DNA of 64,000 bases from Candidatus Omnitrophota bacterium (GTDB lineage Bacteria > Omnitrophota > Gorgyraeia > Pluralincolimonadales > Pluralincolimonadaceae). The position numbers and the translations under genes are program-made. Location: NCBI GenBank assembly GCA_041653595.1, contig JBAZFB010000003.1, positions 346 to 64,345 on the forward strand, read 5' to 3'. Positions 55,345 through 64,000 of the stretch are shown here, one piece after another (the first letter of the stretch is position 1; each line of letters begins with the position of its first letter). Below the pieces are notes generated by a model. It saw only the letters and a program-made list of their open reading frames with translations, did no database searches and was not told the origin of the DNA.

Positions 55345-56193
55345 ATGACGGAAAGGCCTATGAAAAAAATCCATATTGCAGCGCTGCTCTTAGCCGCGGT
55401 TTTTGTGTTCCCCGGCTGCGGTAACGCGAAATCGAAGCCCCTCGCGACCGTTGACGGCAAGGCCATTACGGTCGGGGATTTCGAAAAGAGGCTCTCCAAG
55501 ATGCCCGCTTACTATAAGACGCTCGCGGTCGAGCGGAAGAAGGATTTCCTCGATGATATGATAAATGAGCAGCTTATCTATAAGGAAGCGCTCAAACGGG
55601 GCATCAACAGGGAGCGCGAGGTAAAGGAGCTTTTGGACGAGGCGAAGCGTAAGATACTTATAGCTAAACTGATGGAAACGGAAGTCAAGAAGTCCGCGGT
55701 CTCCGAAGACAAGATAAAGGAGTTCTACGAGTTGCACAAGGACGATTTTGTCACGCCGCTTAAGCTGCGGGCGAGCCATATAATGGTCGATACCGAGGCC
55801 GAGGCCAACGAGGTCCTCCAGAAGCTGAAAGGCGGCGGCGATTTCGCGCAGTTGGCTAAGCAATATTCGAAGGACCCCTCGAAAGGGAGGGGCGGCGACC
55901 TGGGTTATTTCATAAAAGGGCAGCTGATGCCCGAGATAGAAGAAGTCTGCTTTAAGCTTGAGGTCGGCCAGACGAGCGATATAATCAAGACGAAATTCGG
56001 CTACCACATAATAAAACTGACCGACAGGATCGAGCCGAGGACGGTGGAACTCTCCGAGGTCAGGGACGCCATAGAAAAAGAGTTGAAGGATAGGGCCCAA
56101 CAGCGGACGCTCGACGATCTTGTCAAGAACCTGAGGTCGAAAGCGCACGTCAAGATAAACGAAAAGCTGTTGGAAGCGGGGCCGGATAAATGA
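55345..56193 (+). CDS. parvulin-type peptidyl-prolyl isomerase lipoprotein (PrsA/SurA-like)
   Basis: Lipobox FPGC after a signal peptide; parvulin domain with GGDLGYF...FGYHIIK. Confidence 0.8.
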   Translation: MTERPMKKIHIAALLLAAVFVFPGCGNAKSKPLATVDGKAITVGDFEKRLSKMPAYYKTLAVERKKDFLDDMINEQLIYKEALKRGINREREVKELLDEAKRKILIAKLMETEVKKSAVSEDKIKEFYELHKDDFVTPLKLRASHIMVDTEAEANEVLQKLKGGGDFAQLAKQYSKDPSKGRGGDLGYFIKGQLMPEIEEVCFKLEVGQTSDIIKTKFGYHIIKLTDRIEPRTVELSEVRDAIEKELKDRAQQRTLDDLVKNLRSKAHVKINEKLLEAGPDK

Positions 56194-57149
56194 GGACAAG
56201 GATAAACATGTTATTGTTGGTCCTTGCATTGGGGCTTCATCCCCTGGCCCTGTGCCAGACGACCGGCGCCGTTAACAAGATACTTGCGGTCGTGAACGAC
56301 GAAGTCGTAACCGAGACAGACCTTGATGCGGCCCTCGGTTCGAGCATCGAGGAGTTAAAGAAGGAATTTTCGGGAGACGAGCTTAAGGCGAAGACGGAAG
56401 AGGCGCGCAAGGAACTCCTGAAGCAGATGATAGAGGATAGGCTGATACTCCAGGAAGCGAAGAAATACAATATCGCCGTTGATGATTTTGAGGTTGAGCA
56501 AAGGCTGAAAGACGTGAAATCGCGTTTCCCCTCGGAAGACGCCTTTTATTCCGAGGTCGAGAGGTCCGGTGTCTCGACCGACATCCTGAAAAAGCGCTAT
56601 AAGGAAAATATAATGATGTCCAAGCTCGTAGAGAGCCAGGTAAGGGGCAAAGTAGTCGTTACGCCTATCGAGATAGAGAGTTATTACAAAATACATTCGG
56701 CAGAACTGAAGGCGCCGGAATCGGTCCATCTCTTCGGTATCGTCATCCGTTTCGATGCGGGGATCACCGAGGACGACATCAAGCAGAAAGCGGAAGACGT
56801 GGTAAAACTCGCCAGGGAAGGCCGCGACTTCAGCGAACTGGCCAAGGTTTACTCGCAGGGCGCAAAGGCGCAGGAGGGCGGGGACTTCGGGATCGTCGAG
56901 AAAGGGCAGATGCGCGAGGATTTCGAGAAGGTCATATTCGTTTTAAAACCGGGCGAGACCAGCGACCCGGTAAAGACCGATGCGGGATATTTTATCTTCA
57001 AGGTATACGAGAAAAAAGAGAGTTATGTGCGGCCGCTCCAGGAAGCGCGCAGTGATATAGAGGATATAATATACAGGGATAAGGCCCAAAAGCGGTATAA
57101 AGACTGGATAGAGAAACTGAAACGCGATGCTTTTATACAGGTCAAATAA
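56190..57149 (+). CDS. surA: periplasmic chaperone/PPIase SurA-like
   Basis: Signal peptide, SurA N-terminal chaperone domain (ILAVVNDEVVTETDL) and one parvulin domain (GGDFGIV...AGYFIFK). surA-pdxA-rsmA synteny as in E. coli. Confidence 0.8.
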   Translation: MRTRINMLLLVLALGLHPLALCQTTGAVNKILAVVNDEVVTETDLDAALGSSIEELKKEFSGDELKAKTEEARKELLKQMIEDRLILQEAKKYNIAVDDFEVEQRLKDVKSRFPSEDAFYSEVERSGVSTDILKKRYKENIMMSKLVESQVRGKVVVTPIEIESYYKIHSAELKAPESVHLFGIVIRFDAGITEDDIKQKAEDVVKLAREGRDFSELAKVYSQGAKAQEGGDFGIVEKGQMREDFEKVIFVLKPGETSDPVKTDAGYFIFKVYEKKESYVRPLQEARSDIEDIIYRDKAQKRYKDWIEKLKRDAFIQVK

Positions 57150-58131
57150 TACTCGCAGGCAGCCGCGTCCGCGGGTCGCCGTAACCATCGGCGACCCTTT
57201 TGGCGTAGGGCCCGAGATAGTCTTAAAAACACTCGCGAACCGTAAGTTGCGTGCGCTTGCCGATTTTATTATCGTGGGCGACAGCTCGGTCATTTCCGCC
57301 GCGTTAAGGCTCCCCGGAGTCCCGGCGGGGCTCCCTCGGGGAGTCTCTGTTGCAGACCCGTATATTATCGCTCCCAGCAAGGTGAAATTCGGCCGCCAGT
57401 CCAAACTTTCCGGCGCGGCCTCACTGGCCTATCTCGATCTCGCCCTCAAGCTCATAAAAGAAAAGAAAGCCGATTGCCTCGTGAACGCCCCCTTAAGCAA
57501 AGAGGCGGTCTCGTCCGCGTTCCCGCGCATAAATTTCATAGGCCACACGGAATATATCGCGGACAAGTTCAAGACCGCGGATTTCGCGATGATGCTGATA
57601 GGCGGGCCGCTTAAAGTCACGCTCGTGACGAGGCATATACCGGTCCGTGCGGTGTCAAAGGCGGTGACGAAAGAAGAGATAATCAAGGCCATAAAATTGA
57701 GCCATGGGGTGCTTACCTGTTATTTCGGCATAGCCGAACCGAGGATAGGGGTCGCGAGCCTGAACCCCCACGGGGGAGAAGGCGGGAAAATAGGCACCGA
57801 GGAGATCAAAATAATAACCCCGGCGGTGAACGAAGCGAAGAGGCATTTTAAGAACATAATCGGCCCGGTTTCGTCAGAGGCGCTGTTTTACATGGCTTAC
57901 CGCCGGAAGCTCGATTGCGTGGTCGCGATGTACCACGACCAGGGGCTTACGCCGCTTAAGATGATAGCGCGCGATACCAGCATAAACATCACGCTGGGCC
58001 TGCCGTTTGTCAGGACCTCGCCCGGCCACGGCACGGCATTCGATATAGCCGGAAAAGGGATAGCCAACCACAGGCCGTTGACCGAATCGGTAAAACTCGC
58101 CATAGATATATTCAAAAAAAAGAAGGGCTGA
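57127..58131 (+). CDS. pdxA: 4-hydroxythreonine-4-phosphate dehydrogenase
   Basis: VAVTIGDPFGVGPEIV is the PdxA signature and HGTAFDIAGKG the metal site. The start is uncertain and overlaps the surA end. Confidence 0.85.
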   Translation: MLLYRSNNTRRQPRPRVAVTIGDPFGVGPEIVLKTLANRKLRALADFIIVGDSSVISAALRLPGVPAGLPRGVSVADPYIIAPSKVKFGRQSKLSGAASLAYLDLALKLIKEKKADCLVNAPLSKEAVSSAFPRINFIGHTEYIADKFKTADFAMMLIGGPLKVTLVTRHIPVRAVSKAVTKEEIIKAIKLSHGVLTCYFGIAEPRIGVASLNPHGGEGGKIGTEEIKIITPAVNEAKRHFKNIIGPVSSEALFYMAYRRKLDCVVAMYHDQGLTPLKMIARDTSINITLGLPFVRTSPGHGTAFDIAGKGIANHRPLTESVKLAIDIFKKKKG

Positions 58132-58133
58132 AC

Positions 58134-58973
58134 TTGTTTAACGCGTCCGAATTAAAATCCGTCCTGAAAAAATACGGGCTCACCCCGAGAAAATATCTCG
58201 GACAGAATTACCTGGTCGACAGCGATGTCATCGAGGATATAATAGAGGCATGCAGGTTCAGCGATACGGACTGGGTCATGGAAATAGGCGCGGGATTGGG
58301 CGCGGTCACGGAACGCCTCGCCCGCCATGTAAAGCATGTCCTGGCCATAGAGAAGGACAGGGGCGCCTGCGTGGCGCTCGGCGATATACTGAAGGGTCTC
58401 ACCAACGTAAATATCGTCTGCGAAGATTTCCTTGAGCTTGATCTCGAGCGGGCGCTCGCCGAGTCGCCCTACAAGGTCAAGGTGGTAGGCAACCTCCCGT
58501 ATTACATAACCTCGCCGATAATAGAGAAGTTGATCGCCGGCAGGCATAATTTTGAGTCGGTGTTCATAACGATCCAGAAGGAAGTCGCCGAGAGGGTGTG
58601 CGCAAAGCCGGGCAATAAAGATTACGGCTCGCTTTCTGTTTTTGTGCAGTACTACACCAAACCGCGCATATTGCTCGACATAGGCAAGCAGGCGTTTTAT
58701 CCGGAGCCGGAAGTCGATTCGTCGTTCATCGAGCTCGCGATACTCCAGAAACCATCGGTCCAGGCCAACGACGAAGAGAAATTTTTCGCCGTCGTCAAAG
58801 CGGGCTTCGGCCAGCGCAGGAAGACGCTGCTTAATTCCCTTCTCTCGAGCGAGGAGATAAAACTCGATAAGGCCGGCCTGGCAGAGCTTCTTAAAAAGAT
58901 CGGTATCGACCCGAATATCAGGGCCGAACAGCTCTCCCTCGAAGAATTCGCCCGCATCTCCAACGCCCTCTAA
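58134..58973 (+). CDS. rsmA: 16S rRNA (adenine1518-N6/adenine1519-N6)-dimethyltransferase
   Basis: LGQNYLVDSDV...MEIGAGLGAVTERL SAM motif I and NLPYYITSP motif IV. TTG start. Confidence 0.9.
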   Translation: MFNASELKSVLKKYGLTPRKYLGQNYLVDSDVIEDIIEACRFSDTDWVMEIGAGLGAVTERLARHVKHVLAIEKDRGACVALGDILKGLTNVNIVCEDFLELDLERALAESPYKVKVVGNLPYYITSPIIEKLIAGRHNFESVFITIQKEVAERVCAKPGNKDYGSLSVFVQYYTKPRILLDIGKQAFYPEPEVDSSFIELAILQKPSVQANDEEKFFAVVKAGFGQRRKTLLNSLLSSEEIKLDKAGLAELLKKIGIDPNIRAEQLSLEEFARISNAL

Positions 58974-58981
58974 ACCTCCGG

Positions 58982-59010
58982 TTGACATTTTGCGTAACTT
59001 ATGATAATTT
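58982..59010 (+). promoter_or_regulatory. candidate promoter TTGACA-16-TAATTT upstream of gatCAB
   Basis: Perfect -35 hexamer, weak -10 (GATAAT/TAATTT overlapping options). Confidence 0.3.
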
Positions 59011-59021
59011 AGCAAGTTAAG

Positions 59022-59318
59022 ATGAGCGAAATGGAAGAGAAGGTAAGATATGTAGCGCGGTTGGCGAGGATAAAATTGACCGATGAAGAGGTCGGTTTAT
59101 TCTCGCGCCAGCTGGACGGGATACTCGGTTATGTCGATAAGCTTAACCGGAAGCTCGACATACAGGGAAAGACCCTGCCGATGAGCCACCCGCACGAAGC
59201 TTCGAACAGCTTTAGGGCTGACGAGGTGAAACCGTCGCTTCCGCCCGAAAAAGTGCTTGCGAACGCCCCCCAGAAGAAAGGTGATTTCTTCAAGGTCCCG
59301 AGGATAATAGAAGAATAA
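59022..59318 (+). CDS. gatC: aspartyl/glutamyl-tRNA amidotransferase subunit C
   Basis: About 98 aa; [14 protein letters not shown]...[11 protein letters not shown] GatC signature; precedes gatA-gatB. Confidence 0.85.
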   Translation: MSEMEEKVRYVARLARIKLTDEEVGLFSRQLDGILGYVDKLNRKLDIQGKTLPMSHPHEASNSFRADEVKPSLPPEKVLANAPQKKGDFFKVPRIIEE

Positions 59319-59325
59319 TTCGCAT

Positions 59326-60771
59326 ATGGACAATCTTTATTCCCTCACGGCAGGCGAACTCCTGGGCTTGCTGGATAAGAAGACTATAAACCCCGAAGAG
59401 ATAATCGAATCGGTATATTCCCGCGCGCAGTCCGTCGACAAAAAGATAAAAGGCTATCTTAATCTCGACAGGGAGAAGGCCTTAAGCCGGGCGAAGGACC
59501 TTCCGTCTTCCGGAAAATTGAAAGGCATCCCGGTCGCCGTCAAAGACAATATCTGCGTCGAGGGCGAGCTTACTACCTGCGCCTCGAAGATACTCCGCGG
59601 TTTCAAGCCCCCGTATAACGCTACTGTCATCGAGAAATTAAAGTCCGAAGGCGCGGTGATCTTCGGCAAGACGAATATGGACGAATTTGCGTTCGGTTCT
59701 TCCTGCGAAAACTCCTCGTATTTCCCGACATTGAACCCGTGGGATACCTCGAGGATACCCGGCGGCTCGAGCGGCGGTTCGGCGGCGGTAGTCTCTGCCG
59801 ACGAGGCGATAATGGCGATAGGTTCGGACACCGGAGGGTCGATAAGGCAACCTGCTTCGCTTTGCGGCGTCGTCGGGATGAAACCGACATACGGCAGGGT
59901 ATCGCGGTATGGGCTCATCGCGTTCGCCTCAAGCCTTGACCAGATCGGGCCGTTCACAAAAGACATCAAAGACGCGGCGCTGTTGTTGGGCGTAATAGCC
60001 GGTTTCGACGAAAAAGATTCAACATCGGTAAATGTTCCCGTCCCTGATTATGCGTCTTATCTGAAAAATGACGTAAAAGGCATGAAGATCGGCATACCCA
60101 AAGAATATTTCGTGGAAGGGATGGATAAAGAGGTCGAGGCCTCGGTCAGGGAAGCGATAGCCCTCCTTAAAGGCAAAGGCGCGCAGATCGTCGACGTATC
60201 CCTGCCGCATACCGAATATGCCGTAGCGGTATATTATATACTCGCGACCGCGGAGGCATCGTCCAATCTCGCGCGTTTTGACGGGGTGCAATACGGTTAT
60301 CGCTGTGAGGATCCCGCGAACCTCCTTGATATGTACGAGAGGACGCGGGGCGAAGGTTTCGGCGCGGAAGCGAAGAGGAGGATAATACTCGGCACATACG
60401 TCCTGTCTAGCGGATATTATGACGCTTATTATCTTAAGGCGCAAAAAGTCCGGATGCTTATAAAGAACGATTTTGAGCAGGTCTTTAAGAGCGGCTGCGA
60501 CTGCATATTGACGCCGACCTCCCCGACACCGGCGTTCAAGGTCGGGGAGAGGTCCGCGGACCCGCTTTCGATGTACCTCTCGGACATATTTACGATATCG
60601 GTAAACCTCGCCGGCGTCCCGGCGTTATCCATGCCGTGCGGATTCACGAAGGGCGGCCTGCCGATAGGGATGCAGCTCATAGGGAATTTCTTCGAGGAAG
60701 GGAAGATATTCAACGCGGCCTACGCTTACGAGAGCAATACCGATTGGCACAAGAGGAGCCCAAAACTTTAA
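59326..60771 (+). CDS. gatA: aspartyl/glutamyl-tRNA amidotransferase subunit A
   Basis: Amidase signature with the [11 protein letters not shown] catalytic Ser region; 481 aa. Confidence 0.9.
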   Translation: MDNLYSLTAGELLGLLDKKTINPEEIIESVYSRAQSVDKKIKGYLNLDREKALSRAKDLPSSGKLKGIPVAVKDNICVEGELTTCASKILRGFKPPYNATVIEKLKSEGAVIFGKTNMDEFAFGSSCENSSYFPTLNPWDTSRIPGGSSGGSAAVVSADEAIMAIGSDTGGSIRQPASLCGVVGMKPTYGRVSRYGLIAFASSLDQIGPFTKDIKDAALLLGVIAGFDEKDSTSVNVPVPDYASYLKNDVKGMKIGIPKEYFVEGMDKEVEASVREAIALLKGKGAQIVDVSLPHTEYAVAVYYILATAEASSNLARFDGVQYGYRCEDPANLLDMYERTRGEGFGAEAKRRIILGTYVLSSGYYDAYYLKAQKVRMLIKNDFEQVFKSGCDCILTPTSPTPAFKVGERSADPLSMYLSDIFTISVNLAGVPALSMPCGFTKGGLPIGMQLIGNFFEEGKIFNAAYAYESNTDWHKRSPKL

Positions 60772-62205
60772 ATGGCGTACGAACCCGTCATAGGACTTGA
60801 GGTCCACGTCCAGCTTAAGACCGTATCAAAGATGTTCTGCGGCTGCACGACCGGATTCGGCGGCGCGCCGAACACCCATACGTGCCCGGTCTGCCTGGGT
60901 TTCCCTGGAGTGCTGCCGGTATTGAACCGCCGCGCGCTGACCGAGGCTATCAGGGTCGCGCTTGCCGTCGGCTGCAAAGTCTCCGATAAAGTCAAGTTCC
61001 ACAGGAAAAATTATTTCTATCCGGACCTGCCGAAGGATTACCAGATATCGCAATACGACGAGCCGCTTTCCGAGAACGGCCGATTGAAGATAAAGATCAA
61101 CGGCGGGGAAAAGACGATAAAGATAAAAAGGGTGCACATGGAAGAGGACGCGGGAAAGCTCATCCATGAAGAGGGCGGCGATTCAAGTTTTGTCGATTTC
61201 AACCGATCCGGGATGCCGCTCCTCGAGATAGTGAGCGAGCCGGATATAAATTCCCCGGAGGAGGCGTACCGGTACCTGACCGACCTGAAGCTGCTCCTGC
61301 GTTACCTTGAGGTATCGGACTGCGACATGGAAAAGGGCAGCCTGCGCTGCGACGCCAACATATCGATCAGGAAGAAAGGCGGGACCGGGCTCGGAACCAA
61401 GGCCGAGGTAAAGAACATGAATTCGTTCAAGGCCGTGAAGTCCGCGCTCGAGTTCGAGTTCGAAAGACAATCCAAATGCCTGGAGGCCGGCGAAAGGATA
61501 ATCCAGGAGACGCGCCTCTGGGACACGGATAAAGGGGTGACCGTATCGATGCGCTCGAAAGAGGAAGCGCACGATTACAGGTATTTCCCCGAGCCTGACC
61601 TTGTCCCGTTCACGCTTGAGGCTGCGATGGTGGAAAATGAAAGAAAAGATCTCCCGGAACTGCCCGAAGCGAGGAAGGCGAGGTTCATCGGCGCGTTAAG
61701 CCTGACCGAATATGACGCCGAGGTCCTGACCCAGGATAAAGATACCGCCGATTATTTCGAGGAATGCGTCAAATTCTATAATAAGCCGAAGATCGTCTCG
61801 AACTGGCTTATGGGCGACGTCTCGGGATACCTGAACGCCAAGAATTTATCTGTCAGGGATTCGAAACTTAAGCCGCAGGCGCTTGCCGGCCTTTTGAAAG
61901 AGGTTGACTCCGGAAAGATAAGCGGCAAGATGGCGAAAGACATCGTCATCGAGATGCTCGATACCGGTAAGGACGCGTCCGCCATAATTTCGGAGAAGGG
62001 GCTCGCCCAGATCTCCGACACCGGCGAGCTCGAGAAGTCCGCCGAAGAGGCGATAGCGGAGAACGCGAAGACCGCGGAAGATTTCCTGAACGGCAAGGAT
62101 AACGCGCTCATGTTCCTCGTCGGGCAGGTGATGAAGAAGACCAAAGGGAAGGCCAATCCCGCGGTCGTGAACAAGATATTAAGGGATAAACTTTCTAAAA
62201 AATGA
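60772..62205 (+). CDS. gatB: aspartyl/glutamyl-tRNA amidotransferase subunit B
   Basis: MAYEPVIGLEVHVQL start, GatB/YqeY C-terminal domain, 477 aa. Confidence 0.9.
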   Translation: MAYEPVIGLEVHVQLKTVSKMFCGCTTGFGGAPNTHTCPVCLGFPGVLPVLNRRALTEAIRVALAVGCKVSDKVKFHRKNYFYPDLPKDYQISQYDEPLSENGRLKIKINGGEKTIKIKRVHMEEDAGKLIHEEGGDSSFVDFNRSGMPLLEIVSEPDINSPEEAYRYLTDLKLLLRYLEVSDCDMEKGSLRCDANISIRKKGGTGLGTKAEVKNMNSFKAVKSALEFEFERQSKCLEAGERIIQETRLWDTDKGVTVSMRSKEEAHDYRYFPEPDLVPFTLEAAMVENERKDLPELPEARKARFIGALSLTEYDAEVLTQDKDTADYFEECVKFYNKPKIVSNWLMGDVSGYLNAKNLSVRDSKLKPQALAGLLKEVDSGKISGKMAKDIVIEMLDTGKDASAIISEKGLAQISDTGELEKSAEEAIAENAKTAEDFLNGKDNALMFLVGQVMKKTKGKANPAVVNKILRDKLSKK

Positions 62206-62273
62206 CATTCTTATTCAAATTGGCATATGTCATGCCCGCGAAAGCGGGCACACAGTTAACAAAGGAGAATAGG

Positions 62274-63614
62274 ATGCGTAAGATCAAGTTTGCAGTCTGG
62301 CTTTTGGCGGTATTTTTAGCGCTTTCAACTTTCCTTTCCGCGGCGTCGACGGATACTGCCAAGGAACAGGCGTCGCAAAAGGCCCCGCCTGTGGCGGGAA
62401 AGACCCAGACCGCCCCGGCGGTCAAGGCCGCGCCCGATAAGGAAGAGGACATTTATAAACAACTCGAGCTCTTCTCCGACACACTTTCTATCGTCCGCTC
62501 CGAATATGTCGATGACGTCAAGACGAAGACCCTGATATACGGGGCGCTCAAGGGCATGGTCCAGTCGCTCGACAAATTCAGCGAATTCATGGACCCGGAG
62601 TCTTATGCCGAGATGAAGGTCGAGACCGAGGGGGAATTCGGCGGGATCGGCATCGAGATAGCCATCAAGGACGACCTGCTTACGGTCATCGCGCCGATAG
62701 ACGATACCCCGGCTTTCAAGGCGGGAGTAAAGTCCGGCGACAGGATAGTGAAGATAGATAAAGACATAACGCGCGGCATCACCCTGGTCGAGGCGGTGAA
62801 AAAGCTCCGCGGAAAACCCGGGACGCCCGTCACGATAACGGTCCTGCGCGAGAGCGAGAGCAAGGTCCTCGATTTCTCGATAACAAGGGATACCATCAAG
62901 GTGAAGTCGATAAAGAACCCGAGGATACTGGAAGACAAGATAGGATACATCAAGCTCAGCATATTCCAGGAGCGTTCGGCCAGGGACCTCGAGGACGCGC
63001 TGGTCGAACTCGAGAAACAGGGGATGGACAGCCTTATCCTTGACCTGAGGAACGACCCGGGCGGGCTTTTAAATGTCGCCGCCGAGGTCTCGGGCAAATT
63101 CCTCCCGGCCGGAGAGATGATAGTATATACCAAGGGCCGCAATAACAAGCAGGAGATGGAGTTCCGCGCGAAAAATAAAAAGCCCAGGACCGATTACCCG
63201 ATGGTAGTGCTCGTCGACCAGGGTTCTGCCTCCGGTTCGGAGATAGTCGCCGGGGCTTTACAGGACCACAAGCGCGCCGTATTGGTGGGGATGAAGACTT
63301 TCGGAAAAGGATCGGTCCAGACCGTCATACCGCTTACCGACGGCTCGGCTATACGGCTTACCACGAGCAAATATTATACGCCTAACGGCCGTTCCATCCA
63401 CGGACAGGGCATCATACCCGATATAGTTGTGGAATTTAAGCCGGTCAAGAAGGAGACCGCTCCTAAGGAGGATCCCGACGAGGTCTTCGAGAAACTTGAG
63501 GAAAAGCCCGGGAAGCCTTCGGAGAAGAAAGAGGTATATGACAACCAGCTCCAGACCGCAGTGGACGCGATAAAGACGATGAGGATATACAAGTCCTCCG
63601 TCGTTAAAAAATGA
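62274..63614 (+). CDS. ctpA: carboxyl-terminal processing protease (S41 family, PDZ domain)
   Basis: Signal peptide, PDZ (GIGIEIAIKDDLLTVIAPIDDTPAFKAGVKSGDRIVKID), and a catalytic Ser/Lys region (LVDQGSASGSEIVAGAL...KGSVQT). Start at MRKIKF with an AAGGAG RBS. Confidence 0.85.
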   Translation: MRKIKFAVWLLAVFLALSTFLSAASTDTAKEQASQKAPPVAGKTQTAPAVKAAPDKEEDIYKQLELFSDTLSIVRSEYVDDVKTKTLIYGALKGMVQSLDKFSEFMDPESYAEMKVETEGEFGGIGIEIAIKDDLLTVIAPIDDTPAFKAGVKSGDRIVKIDKDITRGITLVEAVKKLRGKPGTPVTITVLRESESKVLDFSITRDTIKVKSIKNPRILEDKIGYIKLSIFQERSARDLEDALVELEKQGMDSLILDLRNDPGGLLNVAAEVSGKFLPAGEMIVYTKGRNNKQEMEFRAKNKKPRTDYPMVVLVDQGSASGSEIVAGALQDHKRAVLVGMKTFGKGSVQTVIPLTDGSAIRLTTSKYYTPNGRSIHGQGIIPDIVVEFKPVKKETAPKEDPDEVFEKLEEKPGKPSEKKEVYDNQLQTAVDAIKTMRIYKSSVVKK

Positions 63615-64000
63615 GCAGGATAAACATCCGCAATATTATAGTTGTCATAGCGGCGGTTATCTGCGCTGTCTTCCTGTTCAATGCCGCGAAGGACCTTTTC
63701 CAAGACAGGACGCTTGACCGCATCCTGTCCGCCGAACTCGCCGCCGGGAAGGTCTCCAGCAAGGACATGGTCGGTAAAGTAAAGCATGTCTACCTCGAAA
63801 AGAGATATTGGGTCCCGGATTATTTTTCCTTCGATGATTTCGAAAGGCGTCTCGGAAAGTCGCTCGACAAGGCCGGGTTTAAGTTACTGCCGGTCTCGAA
63901 GACGGTAAAGGAAAGCGCGCTAAAAGCCGCAGTCCCCGGAGGGAGCAAAGCCCCTGAGGGGGCCAAGAAAGAATTCAGGGAAGAGGCGTCTTTCCTGATC
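63614..64000 (+). CDS. hypothetical membrane protein, 3'-truncated by the window end
   Basis: ATG overlaps the ctpA stop. One TM helix (IIVVIAAVICAVFLF). The open frame runs to the end of the window. Not in the ORF track because it has no stop. Confidence 0.4.

Noticed and set aside
1-64000. CRISPR arrays, rRNA and tRNA genes
   Set aside because: No direct-repeat/spacer periodicity and no rRNA-like stretches. The few intergenic regions over 100 bp contain no cloverleaf-compatible T-loop or acceptor patterns.

Overview
This window is a densely coded bacterial chromosome segment, roughly 55% GC by eye, with almost all genes on the plus strand, AGGAG-type ribosome-binding sites and recognisable sigma70-like promoters. 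Gene order follows.

(1) A 3' fragment of ftsW, then murG-murC-murB-ddl-ftsQ-ftsA. ftsA is followed directly by yggS-proC-yggT, with no ftsZ at its canonical position.

(2) A PNP gene, ileS, a DksA/TraR-like gene, lspA, lgt, rluD, a coiled-coil membrane protein and aroA.

(3) mreB-mreC-mreD-mrdA-rodA, then a TIGR03960-type radical SAM gene.

(4) A block of about 17 kb (23.5-40.3 kb) encoding a complete type IV pilus system under its own strong promoter. It holds a HAMP-GAF-degenerate-GGDEF protein (motif SGDTF), pilT, a standalone MshEN-like domain protein, two tandem pilB paralogs, pilC, three tandem/dispersed pilin paralogs, a minus-strand minor-pilin operon (PilV/PilW/PilX-like plus a Pro-rich TM protein), pilM-N-O-P-Q and a small secreted coiled-coil protein.

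(5) A short DUF2344/TIGR03936 gene, rng and a macro-domain gene, then a 1.7 kb AT-rich islet with two convergent predicted membrane proteins and an sRNA-like promoter/terminator unit.

(6) rplU-rpmA-obg-proB-proA-nadD, corA, a CNNM/CBS protein, a 46-aa zinc-ribbon ORF missed by the ORF track, rsfS, argS, an N- and C-terminally minimal mfd, two SurA/PpiC PPIases, pdxA, rsmA, gatCAB, ctpA and a partial ORF.

Two copies of a ~99 bp element bounded by inverted repeats sit in opposite orientation at 1215-1313 and 42096-42194. I detected no tRNA, rRNA or CRISPR array.

The most interesting signals are: the c-di-GMP-wired pilus island with MshEN motifs in three proteins; the apparent splitting of the conserved rSAM/DUF2344 pair by that island; the paired inverted-repeat elements; the compositionally foreign AT-rich islet; the absence of ftsZ after ftsA; and a run of domain-minimal housekeeping proteins.

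All functional calls rest on reading the translated ORFs against remembered family signatures. No database search was run.
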